64,000 nt of DNA from Marsupella aquatica (taxonomy: Eukaryota; Plantae; Marchantiophyta). This document shows positions 51,250 through 63,330 of this stretch, one piece after another. Both the position numbers and the translations under genes were made by a program. The stretch covers positions 2,703,927 to 2,767,926 of the forward strand of contig OZ316898.1 in NCBI GenBank assembly GCA_973895155.1, in the 5' to 3' direction. Numbering within the stretch: the first letter of the stretch is position 1; each line of letters starts with the position of its first letter. The notes below the pieces were generated by a model that ran no database searches, was not told where the DNA came from, and saw nothing but the letters and a program-made list of their open reading frames with translations.

Positions 51250-52290
51250 AAGTCCTGGGTAATTTCTTAATCCAGACCCTCACATCCATGTTCAAATTAA
51301 ATCGCATATCCTCTAGTATTAAAGGTTTGTCCATTGGCCGAAGGATTCTGGCAGACTTTGCAAATTACGCCAACCCACATCTAGACTTTTCAATACCAAT
51401 AGAACCCGAAATGATTCTGGCAGTAGCTTCAGCTCAGGACATTCTCAAACAGTCAACTCAGCTCAGCTTTTGAACCCCCAAAAGAATCCAGTAGGGCATG
51501 CAACTTAGGAGACGAGATGCACGCCGAATAGTGTGTGAAGGATACAGGCAGGGCAAGGATAGAGAACACCAAGATTTCACGTGTTTCACGGTCAATCTAT
51601 TCCAAACAATTCAGTGTATTTTTAGACAACTATAAAATCGATATGATCTATTACTCCCAACAAATTTCCAAACGATTCAGGCACGGAGTGCAATTAAAAC
51701 AAGAACCAAACTCGGGATCTTCTATTGCCGACAGGTTTCCAAAGAATGAGGAAGCTTCTGCAATTCAGAATATCCTATAAACTGGACACGCCGACAGGTT
51801 TCAAATGATTAAGCAAGGGAATGCAATCAAACAAGAACCAAACTCGAGACGTTCTGATGCCGACCGATTTCCAAAAGATTCAGGTAGGGAGAGCAATTCA
51901 GTACCCTTGTAAACTCGAGATGCTCTAAGGCAGGCAGGTTTCCAAAAACTGAGGCACTTCTATATTTCATCGACAAGTATGTTAAACAAGAGGGGTCACC
52001 AGTTTCACCACGAGAACCCTCGCGGTTTGAACGAACCTGCTAGCTCGTCCCCTGTCAAACATTTCTAGAGCTACGATCTTAGAATTCGTGTAGTTTTAAG
52101 CCTGGTCTTGATGGCTAGCACAAAGCATAGTCGGTAGACTTTTCGAGCTACAGCAAATGATTTGAAGATGGAATGAGCTTTACGTCTCTAAAACGTGAAC
52201 CACCTTATGACCTCATGAATCCTCCGAAGTTTATCTCATTGGCCCCATGAAAGAAATTCCCGAACCAAAATATTTGCAAGGTGTTTACTT
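51250..52290 (-). repeat. Inverted copy of the 28515-29545 repeat
   Basis: As above. Internal sub-repeats (caagaaccaaactcg) are present in both copies. Confidence 0.88.
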
Positions 52291-52748
52291 TGACTATGAC
52301 TCTGTATAATGGTAATCATGCGGTACTTTACAATATCTTTGCAACAGACTAACTAATACAAGTAAAGCAACAATAAGTTACGAGTCTCCGATACCCTTCG
52401 GGCATCAACAGCACTAAATGATGTCGCTAGCCATAGGCAACACAAATGAAACACAAGCTCTCCCTTCAATGGAACGATGCACGCTTGGTTGGCAAGTCTT
52501 CTGTTGCAAAAGATTTCGTACCCTTGAAGTCCGCGGCTTGAACAATCGCCGCATCTAGCACTTTCTTCATCCCTTCTTCGTTGAAGTGCGCATTTACAGC
52601 AGGCGTAAAGCACCTTGCTTAAATCGATCTCAATTGCGTAGCCACCATCCACCCCCGGAGATAATGGCATAGAGCATCGGGACTTGACTAACAACCTTCA
52701 CAGCGTCTGTACCACGATCGGGGTGTCTGGTCACCATGGAGCGGGCAC

Positions 52749-53084
52749 TCAATCCTGGAGCACCGAAGCTTGATCAGACGCGGACGCTGAGGTTGTACAA
52801 TCCTGATCGCTTGAATGTGAAGAGAAGATAGGTATTCCAACTAGCTTGAAAACGATGATATTTCGTTTGGTCCTGCAAGTATACTTTTGAGCAGGCTCGG
52901 AATCGGGACATTCAAGACCGTCATATACCGGCGAGGGGCCATCTTGAGAAGGGTGGAGGGGAAGCGGGATTCCATCTTCTGTACGCCGAATGTCGCTCCC
53001 TCCTGGAGGGAACCACTTATCTCCAAGCACGGTGGCTGCACCAACGCACATAACAACGAGAAGCAAATACGCCAAACGGCCCAT
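52749..53084 (-). CDS. Small putative secreted protein; may continue into the Cys-rich ORF 52353-52694
   Basis: N-terminus MGRLAYLLLVVMCVGAATVLG/DK looks like a signal peptide. Pro/Asp-rich mature region with Cys residues. The downstream Cys-rich ORF is in the same frame. Confidence 0.5.
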   Translation of the reverse strand: MGRLAYLLLVVMCVGAATVLGDKWFPPGGSDIRRTEDGIPLPLHPSQDGPSPVYDGLECPDSEPAQKYTCRTKRNIIVFKLVGIPIFSSHSSDQDCTTSASASDQASVLQD

Positions 53085-56000
53085 GCTGACAGCTCCCCAC
53101 GATTTCAGGCTTGTCCTCCTCTCGGAATTGTCTAATGTGCACTTCGCACCGACCTGATGATGCTGATGCTCTCGAGCTGAGTGTTACCTGAGAAACTTGC
53201 CTCAATTCTGCCACAATGTTTTACAAGTCAAGAGTACTACTCCGGGATTCCGATGTCTCCCAAGCCTTGCTCTCGTGCCAGGGGAGAGTGACCGAAACAG
53301 AAATTCTTAGATCCACTGCCACACAAGGAGAGAAAGAGATCCAGCGGAAAGAAGAGATCCAGCGAAGAGCGTCTTCCGAGAGAGGAAATGTCACCAAGTT
53401 TTCACAGGGAACTTCACTGCAAACCGAAGAACACTAGTTCATTCACATGATCAAGCATTAATCACAAGGAATGGGCCGACCCCAAGATGGGCTTTCAACG
53501 ACACCAGCCAGGACTACAGCAGAATCATCTCAGTACTAGTTATTTGGCAGCGTACAGGAGGAGGACGTCAAAGGAACCTTATCGATCGCTCCGCAACGTC
53601 ACCACTCGCTGGGCACGCTGAACATTTTGTCACGAACGGCTCCGCTTTCCCACCACGTGAACGTCCCAACAGTTAATCTGTTTGCACTTTTGCGTCAACC
53701 GACTAGCAACTCTACCAGCCATCCGTTCTCAAATATAGATCAGGAGTTGAGCAGGTACGATTCACTGAAGATGTATTATTTGAGAAGTTGTCCGGAGCTG
53801 TTAGCGTTGATTGGTACATTGTCCACGGCAAAAAGCACAAGATCTACTTATTACCATTCCCACTGATTACCCGTCCCACGTGAAGGAGTACATCGATTGA
53901 AAGTTCTGATCCGAGTCTAGACTAGGTAGGATAGAGCAACAAGTGATGCTCGTGTTGAATCCCAGTAGGTTCGAGTAAGATTCCAGCACTATTCCCGATG
54001 CACAGCTGGATAAAGGGTTCCACTGTACACATTTACCTAATATAGACTCACCTACAACAGGTTGAGCTTGAGCTTTCATCTTGGTCCAGGTACCCTACCG
54101 TTCGCTTCCCATCTGGATCTGGAGGGTCTTCACATTTGATAGTCTAAAGTGACCTCTAGTATGTACTGTTAAGGTGGTTAAGGTCAAATGTGCAAAACCC
54201 AGAAGGCTTTTTTTCCGTGAAAAGTGTCCGCAAAGAAGCTCCGTGCTTCTGTGGAACACTAAAAAGTTGTTCAAGGCTAAGAAAAAGCTCTGTCAGACTT
54301 GGTCATGGATGCGCTTTTAAGTAAATTAAAGTCCTTGTGGATAGAGGTGTGACCAATAAACATTGACCATGGACTAAAATACGATCACGCGTGATTCGAA
54401 GCCATCCATTTCCTGACGAATGCTTAGTGCAAAGAAATTGACATTACTTATCCACGAATTGGTCGACCTCCAATAGAAAACACTAGACAATAGATGGGTA
54501 CGACCTTCGCTGGGAGAGATTGAAGATCCATGGTGTTCCTTTCATCGTGATATCTTTTTGCTGCTGTCAGGGTTGTGGAGAAAAAACGCCCGATGACTTC
54601 CAATTGGGACAAGCAACGTCACCATTTGGCCCACTTGCAAGCTGCAATTGAGTGTGCCACAGGGCACCTCTCTGAACCAAACCATTCTGGGATAATAATC
54701 AATGGACGTCACTCATTTTGGCAGTACGCTGAACGCTCAGTCCTCGTGCAAATACTGGCGCCATCGTATCGCCCAGGTGGGTCATGCAGATGATTCATTT
54801 GTTTCCTCCGTGATCTTTCGTAATGCGAACAAATTTCACATTGCTACAGTCGTCGAGGCTTTCGCCGAGTCCGATCTCTCGTTTAGTCCCCTGTGATTAC
54901 CAAAGTATGCTGCCCTGACAGGGCTATCTAGTCAACGTGTTGTGAATTGTACATTCATCAAGTTTATTTGTCGCTCCTCTAGTTTGAGCAGTGCTCAACA
55001 TTCTTCTCGTACAGCTCGTCCCCCCTGCAACTACTTTCGGTGTGGACTTCTCTCCGCATAGCATGCTGCTGTCAACAATTAGCTCTCGTTCTCGTCACAT
55101 CATACTCTTCGAGCTTTGATAGACATCTGCCGGGTCCTCAAACTACAGTATTGGCCTTTCTTGACATACTTTTGACGACCTAACGATGCAATTAATGCCC
55201 AATGTCACCTCCCATCCAAGCTTTAGCTGAGATCATCGAGATGGAAATCATTACTCGAGCAATCGAACCGCGTATTGTTGCTAAATCATGAAAAACGGTC
55301 GACCCATATCCCATGAATCTAACCGAAATGGTGCGAACGAGTTTCCACCCATCACCCTGCTTTCAATCGGATGAATGCAGAGTCTCATTCTAGGCAGTCT
55401 ACCGGGATTTCTTTGGACTAATTTTATCTTCACATATTATGGGCAAACAGAACAGTAGGCGGCAGCCCAATATGTGGGCGGGCCGTGACGGAAAACTTAT
55501 TACTGACATAACGTAGGACAGGGATACCTTCCTCGATTCTGTCCATTCTGTAGCTCTAGAGTCGTGTCCGGTCCTCAACCCTTGTTCATTCCACACTCCA
55601 CTCGAGGTTCTATTTTATTGTTTTTGGTGTTGAATTGAGAATCTGATGCAATTCGGACGGCGCAAGTTCAGCCGCTGTGAGACGAGTCTATGGTCTTCTG
55701 CGCTCAAATGTAGCCCAGAAGTCAAACATATACCGAATGAAAGGTGGTTGGGATCCCACATGTCGAACACAGCGCGAGAGCCGAAGGGGGAACACGCAAA
55801 CAGTTTGCCGACTCTGATTCTGCAGGAGAGTCGACCTGACGCATCTGGTGGGATCCAGCCAGTCCCTCCTGCACGGCCATTATCGTTGTCTAGGCCTGTA
55901 TACAATTATTCGTGACATACGAGGACCCGTGCCTGCCAATGCTTCCTTTTCACATAATAACTAAAATCATTGATTAATATTTATGCTCCGCACATTCTGT

Positions 56001-56632
56001 GAGCCGCTGCTTAACACTCCGTCACTCCCGCGCTCAAGGTGCTCCAGAATTACCTGCGATGAGGAGTCCCCGCTCGCTTGCCGTTTTAAAGGACAAGTCT
56101 TGCATACAATTCAGAGAAAAGGTCTGCACATACGATCGTCGTTCGTTTGGAGCAAAGCGTGTGATTCTTGTGTTGTGGCAGATTGAGCTCGTGAAATCTA
56201 CCACTGAGGTGGTGTCCAGTTTGATTGGTGATGTTGGAGTGTGACTTGGAAAGAAACGCTGGGCTACTAGGATGGTTTTCTATTTGAAGGCTCAGCTGAT
56301 TCGTTATGTTTGACCTACAGTAATGGAAGCTGATTTCTTTCCCAGCCTTAGCTGCTGGAGGTGATGGTCACCTTAGTGGAAAACAGATTCGTTCTGCGAT
56401 CTCAGCGGTTCCAATGATCTGGAAATGTGATTCGCTTTTAAGGCCCGCACAGACCATCACGGTGATTTCTTTTTTAACTTTTGACGGAGACTTTAAACTC
56501 CATCCACTCGCAGGAGAGTGTTCTCCATCCTTGCATAGCGAACGTCAATCGTGCGTAAGCTCCCTAGATTTCTAGTGATCGCGGATAGACGGAAGAGAGT
56601 AAAACTTGCCGGCACGGAGAAACCCCGTTGCA

Positions 56633-57943
56633 ATGGCCCTTTCTTTGTTCACAGGACGTCTCGGAGTGTTATGGCTGCTGGTTGGGGAGATCGTCTATGC
56701 GTACTACGTGCTGTTACGGTTGAGGAGAGGTCCGCTCCGCCTGGTGGCTCTTCTCCCCTTGCTTCCCCCTTCGTTCATCATACCGTGGAGAGCAGAAACC
56801 GCGCCCGAGCGCACTCTTTACAGCTTCATCTTCCATTGGACTATTTTGTCCAAACTCCTCATGCTGGTCTGGGATGCAGGCCCCGCCGCAGATCCCCAAG
56901 CTATTTCTAGCTTCCCTCGATTCTTCTCCGCTATGGCATTCTCTCTCCACCTGAAGCGTGACACGCGATTCGTCAGCTCCCACAACCTTGAAGCGGCTGC
57001 AGCGGGCTTGGAAAACAAGACACAAAATGGAGCACACTCGGGAGTATCAGATGGCGTTGGCCGAAGAAAAGCCAAATCTGGAGTGATGAAAGAGAAGCAG
57101 AACGGCGAGTCAATCCAGGAGGACCCGTTGCTGGAGCTCCAAAAAAGAGCAGAGAGAAAGGAGAAGGTGCAATCCTCGTTTCTGAGGTGGATAAAGATTA
57201 TGGTGAACTCCCAGGCCGGGGAGATCGCGTTGCTCCGGTCCGTATTCTACTGTATATTTGCGGTCTTTCTGATACGGATTGTGCTAGTATGGAGACATGC
57301 CCTGCCAATCCATGTACTCAATCTCGTATTGGTATTCCTCATCTATTTTGCATGTCTCACGCTCTTCGAATCAGCTGCCGGGACTTGCGCTTGCCTTCTC
57401 GGGACTGAAGTCAACCCGCAGTTCGACATGCCCTTCCTGGCGGACTCGCTGGCGGATTTCTGGGGACGGCGATGGAACTTGATGGTCAACAACCTGATCC
57501 GTGTCTCCATCTTCGAGCCTATGCTCACATTTCTAATCCATCGGAAGGAGGAGAAGGAGAAGAAGCAGAAGCAGAAGATTAAATTGAAAATCAAAGCTTC
57601 GCCCCTGGATAGAGCTATCGCCACAGCGGCGTCATTCATGGTGTCCGGTCTTGCGCATGAGCTCATCTTCTTCTACATGAATAAGACCAGGCCCACGGGG
57701 GAGATGACTGCCTTTTTTCTCGTGAATGGCGCCGCCACCATACTCGAAGGGTTTGTGAAGCCACGGCAGCGTTTTGGAATGCCTAGGCTCGTCGGGTGGG
57801 CTTACACCTTGACCTTCCTCCAATTCACAACGCGCTGGTTGTTCTTCCCTCCGGTCATCCGGACAGGCATGATCGATCAGTCCCTGGCCGATCTCCGAAG
57901 GTTCAGCGACTGGATCCGAGACATGATTGTGGGATTACAGTAG
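56633..57943 (+). CDS. MBOAT wax-synthase-type acyltransferase, copy 3
   Basis: PQFDMPFLADSLADFWGRRWNL..IRVSIFEP, FMVSGLAHE, WLFFPPV. Confidence 0.93.
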   Translation: MALSLFTGRLGVLWLLVGEIVYAYYVLLRLRRGPLRLVALLPLLPPSFIIPWRAETAPERTLYSFIFHWTILSKLLMLVWDAGPAADPQAISSFPRFFSAMAFSLHLKRDTRFVSSHNLEAAAAGLENKTQNGAHSGVSDGVGRRKAKSGVMKEKQNGESIQEDPLLELQKRAERKEKVQSSFLRWIKIMVNSQAGEIALLRSVFYCIFAVFLIRIVLVWRHALPIHVLNLVLVFLIYFACLTLFESAAGTCACLLGTEVNPQFDMPFLADSLADFWGRRWNLMVNNLIRVSIFEPMLTFLIHRKEEKEKKQKQKIKLKIKASPLDRAIATAASFMVSGLAHELIFFYMNKTRPTGEMTAFFLVNGAATILEGFVKPRQRFGMPRLVGWAYTLTFLQFTTRWLFFPPVIRTGMIDQSLADLRRFSDWIRDMIVGLQ

Positions 57944-60900
57944 TGTACTACAGAGGATTGAGTCGTGAGGGCGAACGCCTTCTCTGTTGAGGTGCAGATG
58001 GCAGCAAAACGGATCAGTGGACGACCGATCTCCAAGTATTGCTTCACTGAGTCATGGTGGCTGATCACACGGAAATGATTGCTTCCAGGATCCTTTGTGG
58101 CGAATAACATCCGTCGTACCGCAATTCGTTAGTGCCAAGTGCAATGTAAATGGATCAATGCCGACTGCTCTAAAATCAGCCAAAGATTGAGACTAATTTC
58201 CACACTGCACTGCCTGACCAATTAGGATAGGTACCAAATGGGCAGCAGCAATCGGGTCCTGTCTCCGAGGATCGTCACTGGATTCCGCAGGGCTATGAAT
58301 TTGCAGCCGGTGGATCCGTGGAGTGGAGACGTCTGGCTCGAGGCTCTCCTCTCGTACGAACTATGTGGATCGTTTTAAGTACAGCGTGGATTAGTGGTGA
58401 TCCTGCTTTCTGCTTGACATGTCTCTCTGCTACCAGGGCAGGTCTTGTACTACTCATGCTCTCGACTGCAACCTGGATGAGTGGGCTGTGATAGCGCATG
58501 TTCGAGCTAGACGATGTAGCCAACGGGGCTGTGGTTCAATTGAGTTCATCTGCCTTGTGTACACAGAACACTCATTGAGGAAACTTGAGAATGCAATGTT
58601 GAGGATTGTCATACAAGTGTTCCCAACGAAGAGAATGGACAGACATTGAGAACGATGAAGTTGCTCTTTGTGAAGGACAAATGAGTGCACTCTCGAGAAT
58701 GACCGGTGTTGTTAGTCGAGAATTGAACACGATCAAAGTTCCAGATCGTTGTTTGCAAGGAATCTCATGCCCTACTGAGCACGACCACAATGTTGCTCAT
58801 TTGGCTGTTGGTATTCAAGATTAGGAACGCGTGATGAGAATGAGAACGCAGTGACCAAAGCAGGTACCTGAATCCAGATCACACTAGTGCAGTGTGGTTG
58901 CAACATTGTAAAGAAGATGAACTTAATTGCATCACATCGTTAATGAAGCACTCCCAAAGCAGGGCTTCTTCAGTCAAAGATGGTACATTACAGTAGTGAA
59001 GAGCTGAGGAGTTTAGGATGACAGGATTGACAGGTATGTTGTTCACCGAAAGTATGAGTGTAGGACGAGGTTCAAACACGAGGTTCCGAATTGCTGGGAA
59101 AACTCATTAGAAACTCCTACCCAAAGAATAGGTTGTCTAATTATATTGAAAGAATCATCCTCATAATCGAGGTGATGCAATGTTGACTCAGAGACAGGAG
59201 AGTAGTTTAGATTAGTCCTATGTGTAGAAGTTCAACTTTAAAAACCTAATGTCAAGCGAGAATGAACTATAGTCTACCTTGTCTAATTGCAGACCGCGAT
59301 ATACGTGCATGCGAAATCATTTACGCCCCTCTCTAAGGACGTTGCAGTCCAGGCATCCTTTCCCGTGCCAAAAACGAACATTCTCATCTCTCGTCAATTT
59401 CATGAGGCTGTTGTGATTGGCAAGATTAGAGAGGCAACTAATAGATGTATTCCTTCGATTTCCACGCGAAGCAAAACTTAAAGCCCTGGCCTGATTCCCC
59501 CTGCCTGTGTTATGCTGTTTTGAAGAAAAGCATTTCAACTCCCTTTAAGCTACATAGCCGCCTTGTTCCAACTCCTCTCCTCAAGTATTCCTGTCTGAGA
59601 GTGATCACTGTCTGCTCCATAGGGACGGGAGACGACACATTGGGTTTGTCTCGAAACATGGCTGTAGTGGTATATTTTGTAGGAAGATTTGAGCAATCAA
59701 TGGATCACCATGCTTCACGACAGCCGTGGGAATTGCATTATACTGAGATTGAGGGTTCTGTTAGTACATTGAGCAGTGGATTGATCACTATGCTCCACCA
59801 CTTCAATATCATACGGATTGACATGCCTTTCAATCTCTTGTGGCAACCGCAAGGTTTCAATACTAGCTAGCTCCCTTTCATAGCAAATGGGATTCGGCTT
59901 CGTGTTCTCTGGCCACTGACCTTTAGAAAGGCCAGCCCATGCCGGAATCACTACTTCAATGCAGTTATCTTGCAAAAGCGGTTTGCGATCATCGGAAGCT
60001 CTGCTGGGACGTGTATTGCACGGCCAGTCATTTGAGAGGGATTTCTCCTTTCCAGAAGCTCACAAATGGTGAGGTGCTTCTTGATTCGGTAGGTAAGCAT
60101 TAGGGACAACCACATTCGACCACCCTAGATTTTTCGCCGACGCCCTTTACCGGAAATGGGACCGGAAATCCAGCCCAGAATACTTTTGACTGTCGACGAG
60201 CCGTGTGCGAGGAAGCTAAGGGCTACTCTTAAGGGAAGATGGAAAATTCTGGACATTGGCGTCAATTATGCGGGCTTAAACTGTGGTAGCTTCGTGTGTG
60301 CTGCACAGCATATCATGTCAGATGAACGAAGATTCTGCGTTGGCTCCAGATGCGAGCGAGAATGGTCCCATTGCTACAGAGCACTGTATACTGAAGAGTC
60401 CTTCAACGGTTTTGGAGAAAGCGTGTGATTGCAGGAGCGAGGTTCAGAATTCCATTTTTTATATCCTATACTATTTGCCTACGATTTTTCTCTAGCAGGT
60501 TGTTGTCTAAGAGGACGTTGGGTTTGATCGTATCTGGGATTAACCTTGCTGCCATCGCATTCGTCATTTGCAGGCGCTTAGTACAGATCAGCTCATCAGT
60601 TCTTGAGAACCCTTAATGCGGTAGCTGGAAAAGCCTGACGGTGCTGTGGGCTTGAAGATCTCTAAATGTCCTCACACCTATGTGGAATGCGCTAACCAAA
60701 AATGTGCAGAGAAGGCAAAGCGATTGCTACGTGACATCCGGACGACCCACAAGATGATAGAATACTAGGCGAATTTCGAGGCCATGTACTCACGTGGTTT
60801 TCCAGGCGCTGCCACATGGAAATTACTATCGAGAGTGTAGTGTCAGACAGTAAGTAAGCCGTGATTATCACCATCAATCTGAGTCAAGCGTACTGGGATA

Positions 60901-60977
60901 TCGTAATCAGCTCAGTGAGAGCATTGTCAGATCAACAAATTATCACGATGCCTGAATCAATGCATCATCCGCTTCGC

Positions 60978-61260
60978 TTGTTAGCTTGAATGGTGTCACT
61001 GTACCTGAGCTCTGTCTCGGCAAGCGACATTTTAGTAGAGTGCTTTATTCGTTAATTAGCTTGGATGCTATCACTGTAGGCAAGCGACATTCTAGTAGAG
61101 TGCTTTAATCGCTCATTAGCTTGGATGCTATCACTGTACCTGAGCTCTGTCTCGGCATACTACATTTTGGGAGAGTGCTTTATTCGCTTGTTATCTTGGA
61201 TGCTATCACTGTACCTGAGCTCTGTCTCGGCAAACGACATGTTGGTGGAGTACTTTATGA
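60978..61260. repeat. Four diverged ~60-80-bp tandem repeats
   Basis: agcttggatgctatcactgtacctgagctctgtctcggca...gagtgcttta units. Confidence 0.85.
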
Positions 61261-61532
61261 ACAATTTCGTACAGAGCGGTTCATTAGTGACTTGGTTGAC
61301 GACATTGTTACAATTCTGGTGAAGGATGCGGACGCCATTCGGATCATCAAAAGCAAACCTCTGTGGCCTAGCGAACGTACGGGAGATTTGGAAAAAATAT
61401 TTTCTTTGGGAAAGGGAGTTGCCATCAATGAACCATTGATGAAGATCTCTAGTGACGGAATGTGTACTGTGATTGATCTCGTACAGCTAGTTTGTCTTGA
61501 ATACGCAGATGGCCATTTCAGCTGAATCAAGT

Positions 61533-61745
61533 GATGCAGCTGCACCTGAAGAACTCCAAAAGATGGTCATTGATCCAGCTGACTCAAGAAAGGCAGCTGC
61601 ACCTGAAGAGCTCCAAAAGTTGGTCACTGATCCATCTAAATCAAGAAATGCAGCTGCACCTGAAGAGCTCCAACAGGTCGTCATTGATCCGGCTGTAACT
61701 GCATTGAAAGAGTTCCAAACGATGGTCTTGGATGCGGCTGAATTG
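61533..61745. repeat. 57-bp tandem repeat (3+ copies) that reads as 19-aa AAAPEELQKxVxDP repeats on the + strand
   Basis: gcagctgcacctgaaga.ctccaa at ~61536, ~61593 and ~61650. Confidence 0.8.
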
Positions 61746-61885
61746 ACTGATGGATGCAGCTGCACTGGACATTGAGCCGGCTGAATTGAGGAATGTTACT
61801 TCACGAGAAAAGCTTCCAAGTGTCCGCCGTGAATGTAATCGGCTCTTAGCGAAGGGTAGTTGGCTGAAAGCCATTTACAGCATGT

Positions 61886-62135
61886 TGAACGTTAGCGATT
61901 CAGCCTGTACAAGGGGGGGGGAATTTGACTAGAAGAATGCGGGGTTTTGTTGTATATGCCCGAGTTGTTCGTAACGTTTCCTTTTTACTGACAACCTGCA
62001 TACAGGAATGGAACGTTAGCGATTCAGCCTGTACAGGGGTGGCAGAGTTCGACTAGAAGAATGCGGGGTTTTGTTCTACACGCCCGCGTTGTTCGTAACG
62101 TTTCCTTTTCACTGACAACCTGCATCCAGGAATTT
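61886..62135. repeat. Two ~125-bp tandem copies
   Basis: gaacgttagcgattcagcctgtaca...gactagaagaatgcgggg...actgacaacctgcat.caggaat occurs twice. Confidence 0.85.
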
Positions 62136-62926
62136 GCGTCCTCTCGTCGAGTCAGCAAACAACTGACTCCGTTCGACTGTTAGAGATACGATCTTCTGGG
62201 CAGTCATTCCTATCATTAGTTCTGATTGGAAAGCAAGAGACGTACGCATCTCGTAAATTACTCGAGATAATGTGGCTCGCACGGGAAACTTAATCTATTC
62301 GGAGTTGAATAGACCTTTTTCAGCTACCCTGGCGACAAAGTCTTCGTTGTGTTGCATTTGGTGCTAATTTTGTTGTACTATCCTACTTTTGCATATGAAA
62401 TGTTTCAATTCCTTCTCTTCAGAATATGACAGAGTTTGAGTCTTTGTTAATTATTGTACGACTCCAGACTACTTGTCATCAGTGGATTTGGAAGATTTAA
62501 GTGCAGCACTCAAGGTTCCAAATGTTGTACGTAAATCGCGTTCTCTATGGAAGTTGCAGAAGAGAAAAGCAAACAATAAACTAACAAAACATTTAGCAAA
62601 CAGTGAGAGATGACAATGAAACATACTGGCAACAAAGAAGACGAAAAACACTCAATTGCATACACAGTGTATCTGTCAGTAGCTTCGTTGCTTGCCAGGT
62701 AAGTGGAACTCTTCATCTTTCAGGAACAAAACAACACTAGTTTAGAAAGACCAAGAACTTGCTTCGATGCATCAATGGCAGATATACTGCCATAGTAAAC
62801 GATTGTGGAAGTGTGGCTCCATGTCCTTCTCTCTACTCATCTTCTGTGATACCTTCGGAGCGTGTCACGTGACTTATCTTTCACCACCCCGCCGGAGCAG
62901 TAACGCGTTGCCTATCTTTCCGTACT

Positions 62927-63330
62927 TCAACATCGAAGCCGCAGTCGAACGAGTCGCAGCTCTGGGAGAGATTTTACGCACGGTTGATTCGTTTCTCTGT
63001 AGATCTTATCCACATTCTGAACCGAGAACTTACTAGATGCTGACACTCTCGGCCAAACCACAGAAGCAAATGAACGACAAGCTTTGTACAGAAGATTACA
63101 CCACGAATGACTCTTGTGACCTACAACGATCAACCCCGAAGCGTGCCCTGACAGAAGAACTAAGTTTCCGTAGAACCCAAGGGCAGACACACAATTATCG
63201 AAAGTAAGTTTGTCATCAGACAGCGCGGAGTTCAACTTGGAAAGCCACCCTATCTGAATTCTCAACTGGCTGCTGTAGTCGAATAATCAAACTGCCTTGC
63301 TTGACATTTTCAACTTCTCGAACCCCACAT
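62927..63330 (-). pseudogene. Possible degraded F-box-associated/kelch-like gene fragment
   Basis: LVLLSGHASGLIVV...WCNLLYKACRS loosely resembles the 'S.GGLL...VCNPLT..WR' pattern of plant F-box proteins. No F-box motif is seen. Confidence 0.25.

Noticed and set aside
52695-52751. Selenocysteine read-through of the three TGA codons
   Set aside because: Land plants lack the Sec machinery, no SECIS was identified, and an intron or decay is more parsimonious.
54450-60000. Scattered protein-like fragments on the minus strand outside the MBOAT gene (possible F-box/LRR remnants)
   Set aside because: Too many stops and no diagnostic motif. A TBLASTN/HMM search would be needed to support a call.
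60978-61260. CRISPR-like spaced repeats
   Set aside because: The context is eukaryotic, the 'spacers' are homologous to each other, and there are no cas genes. It is an ordinary tandem repeat.
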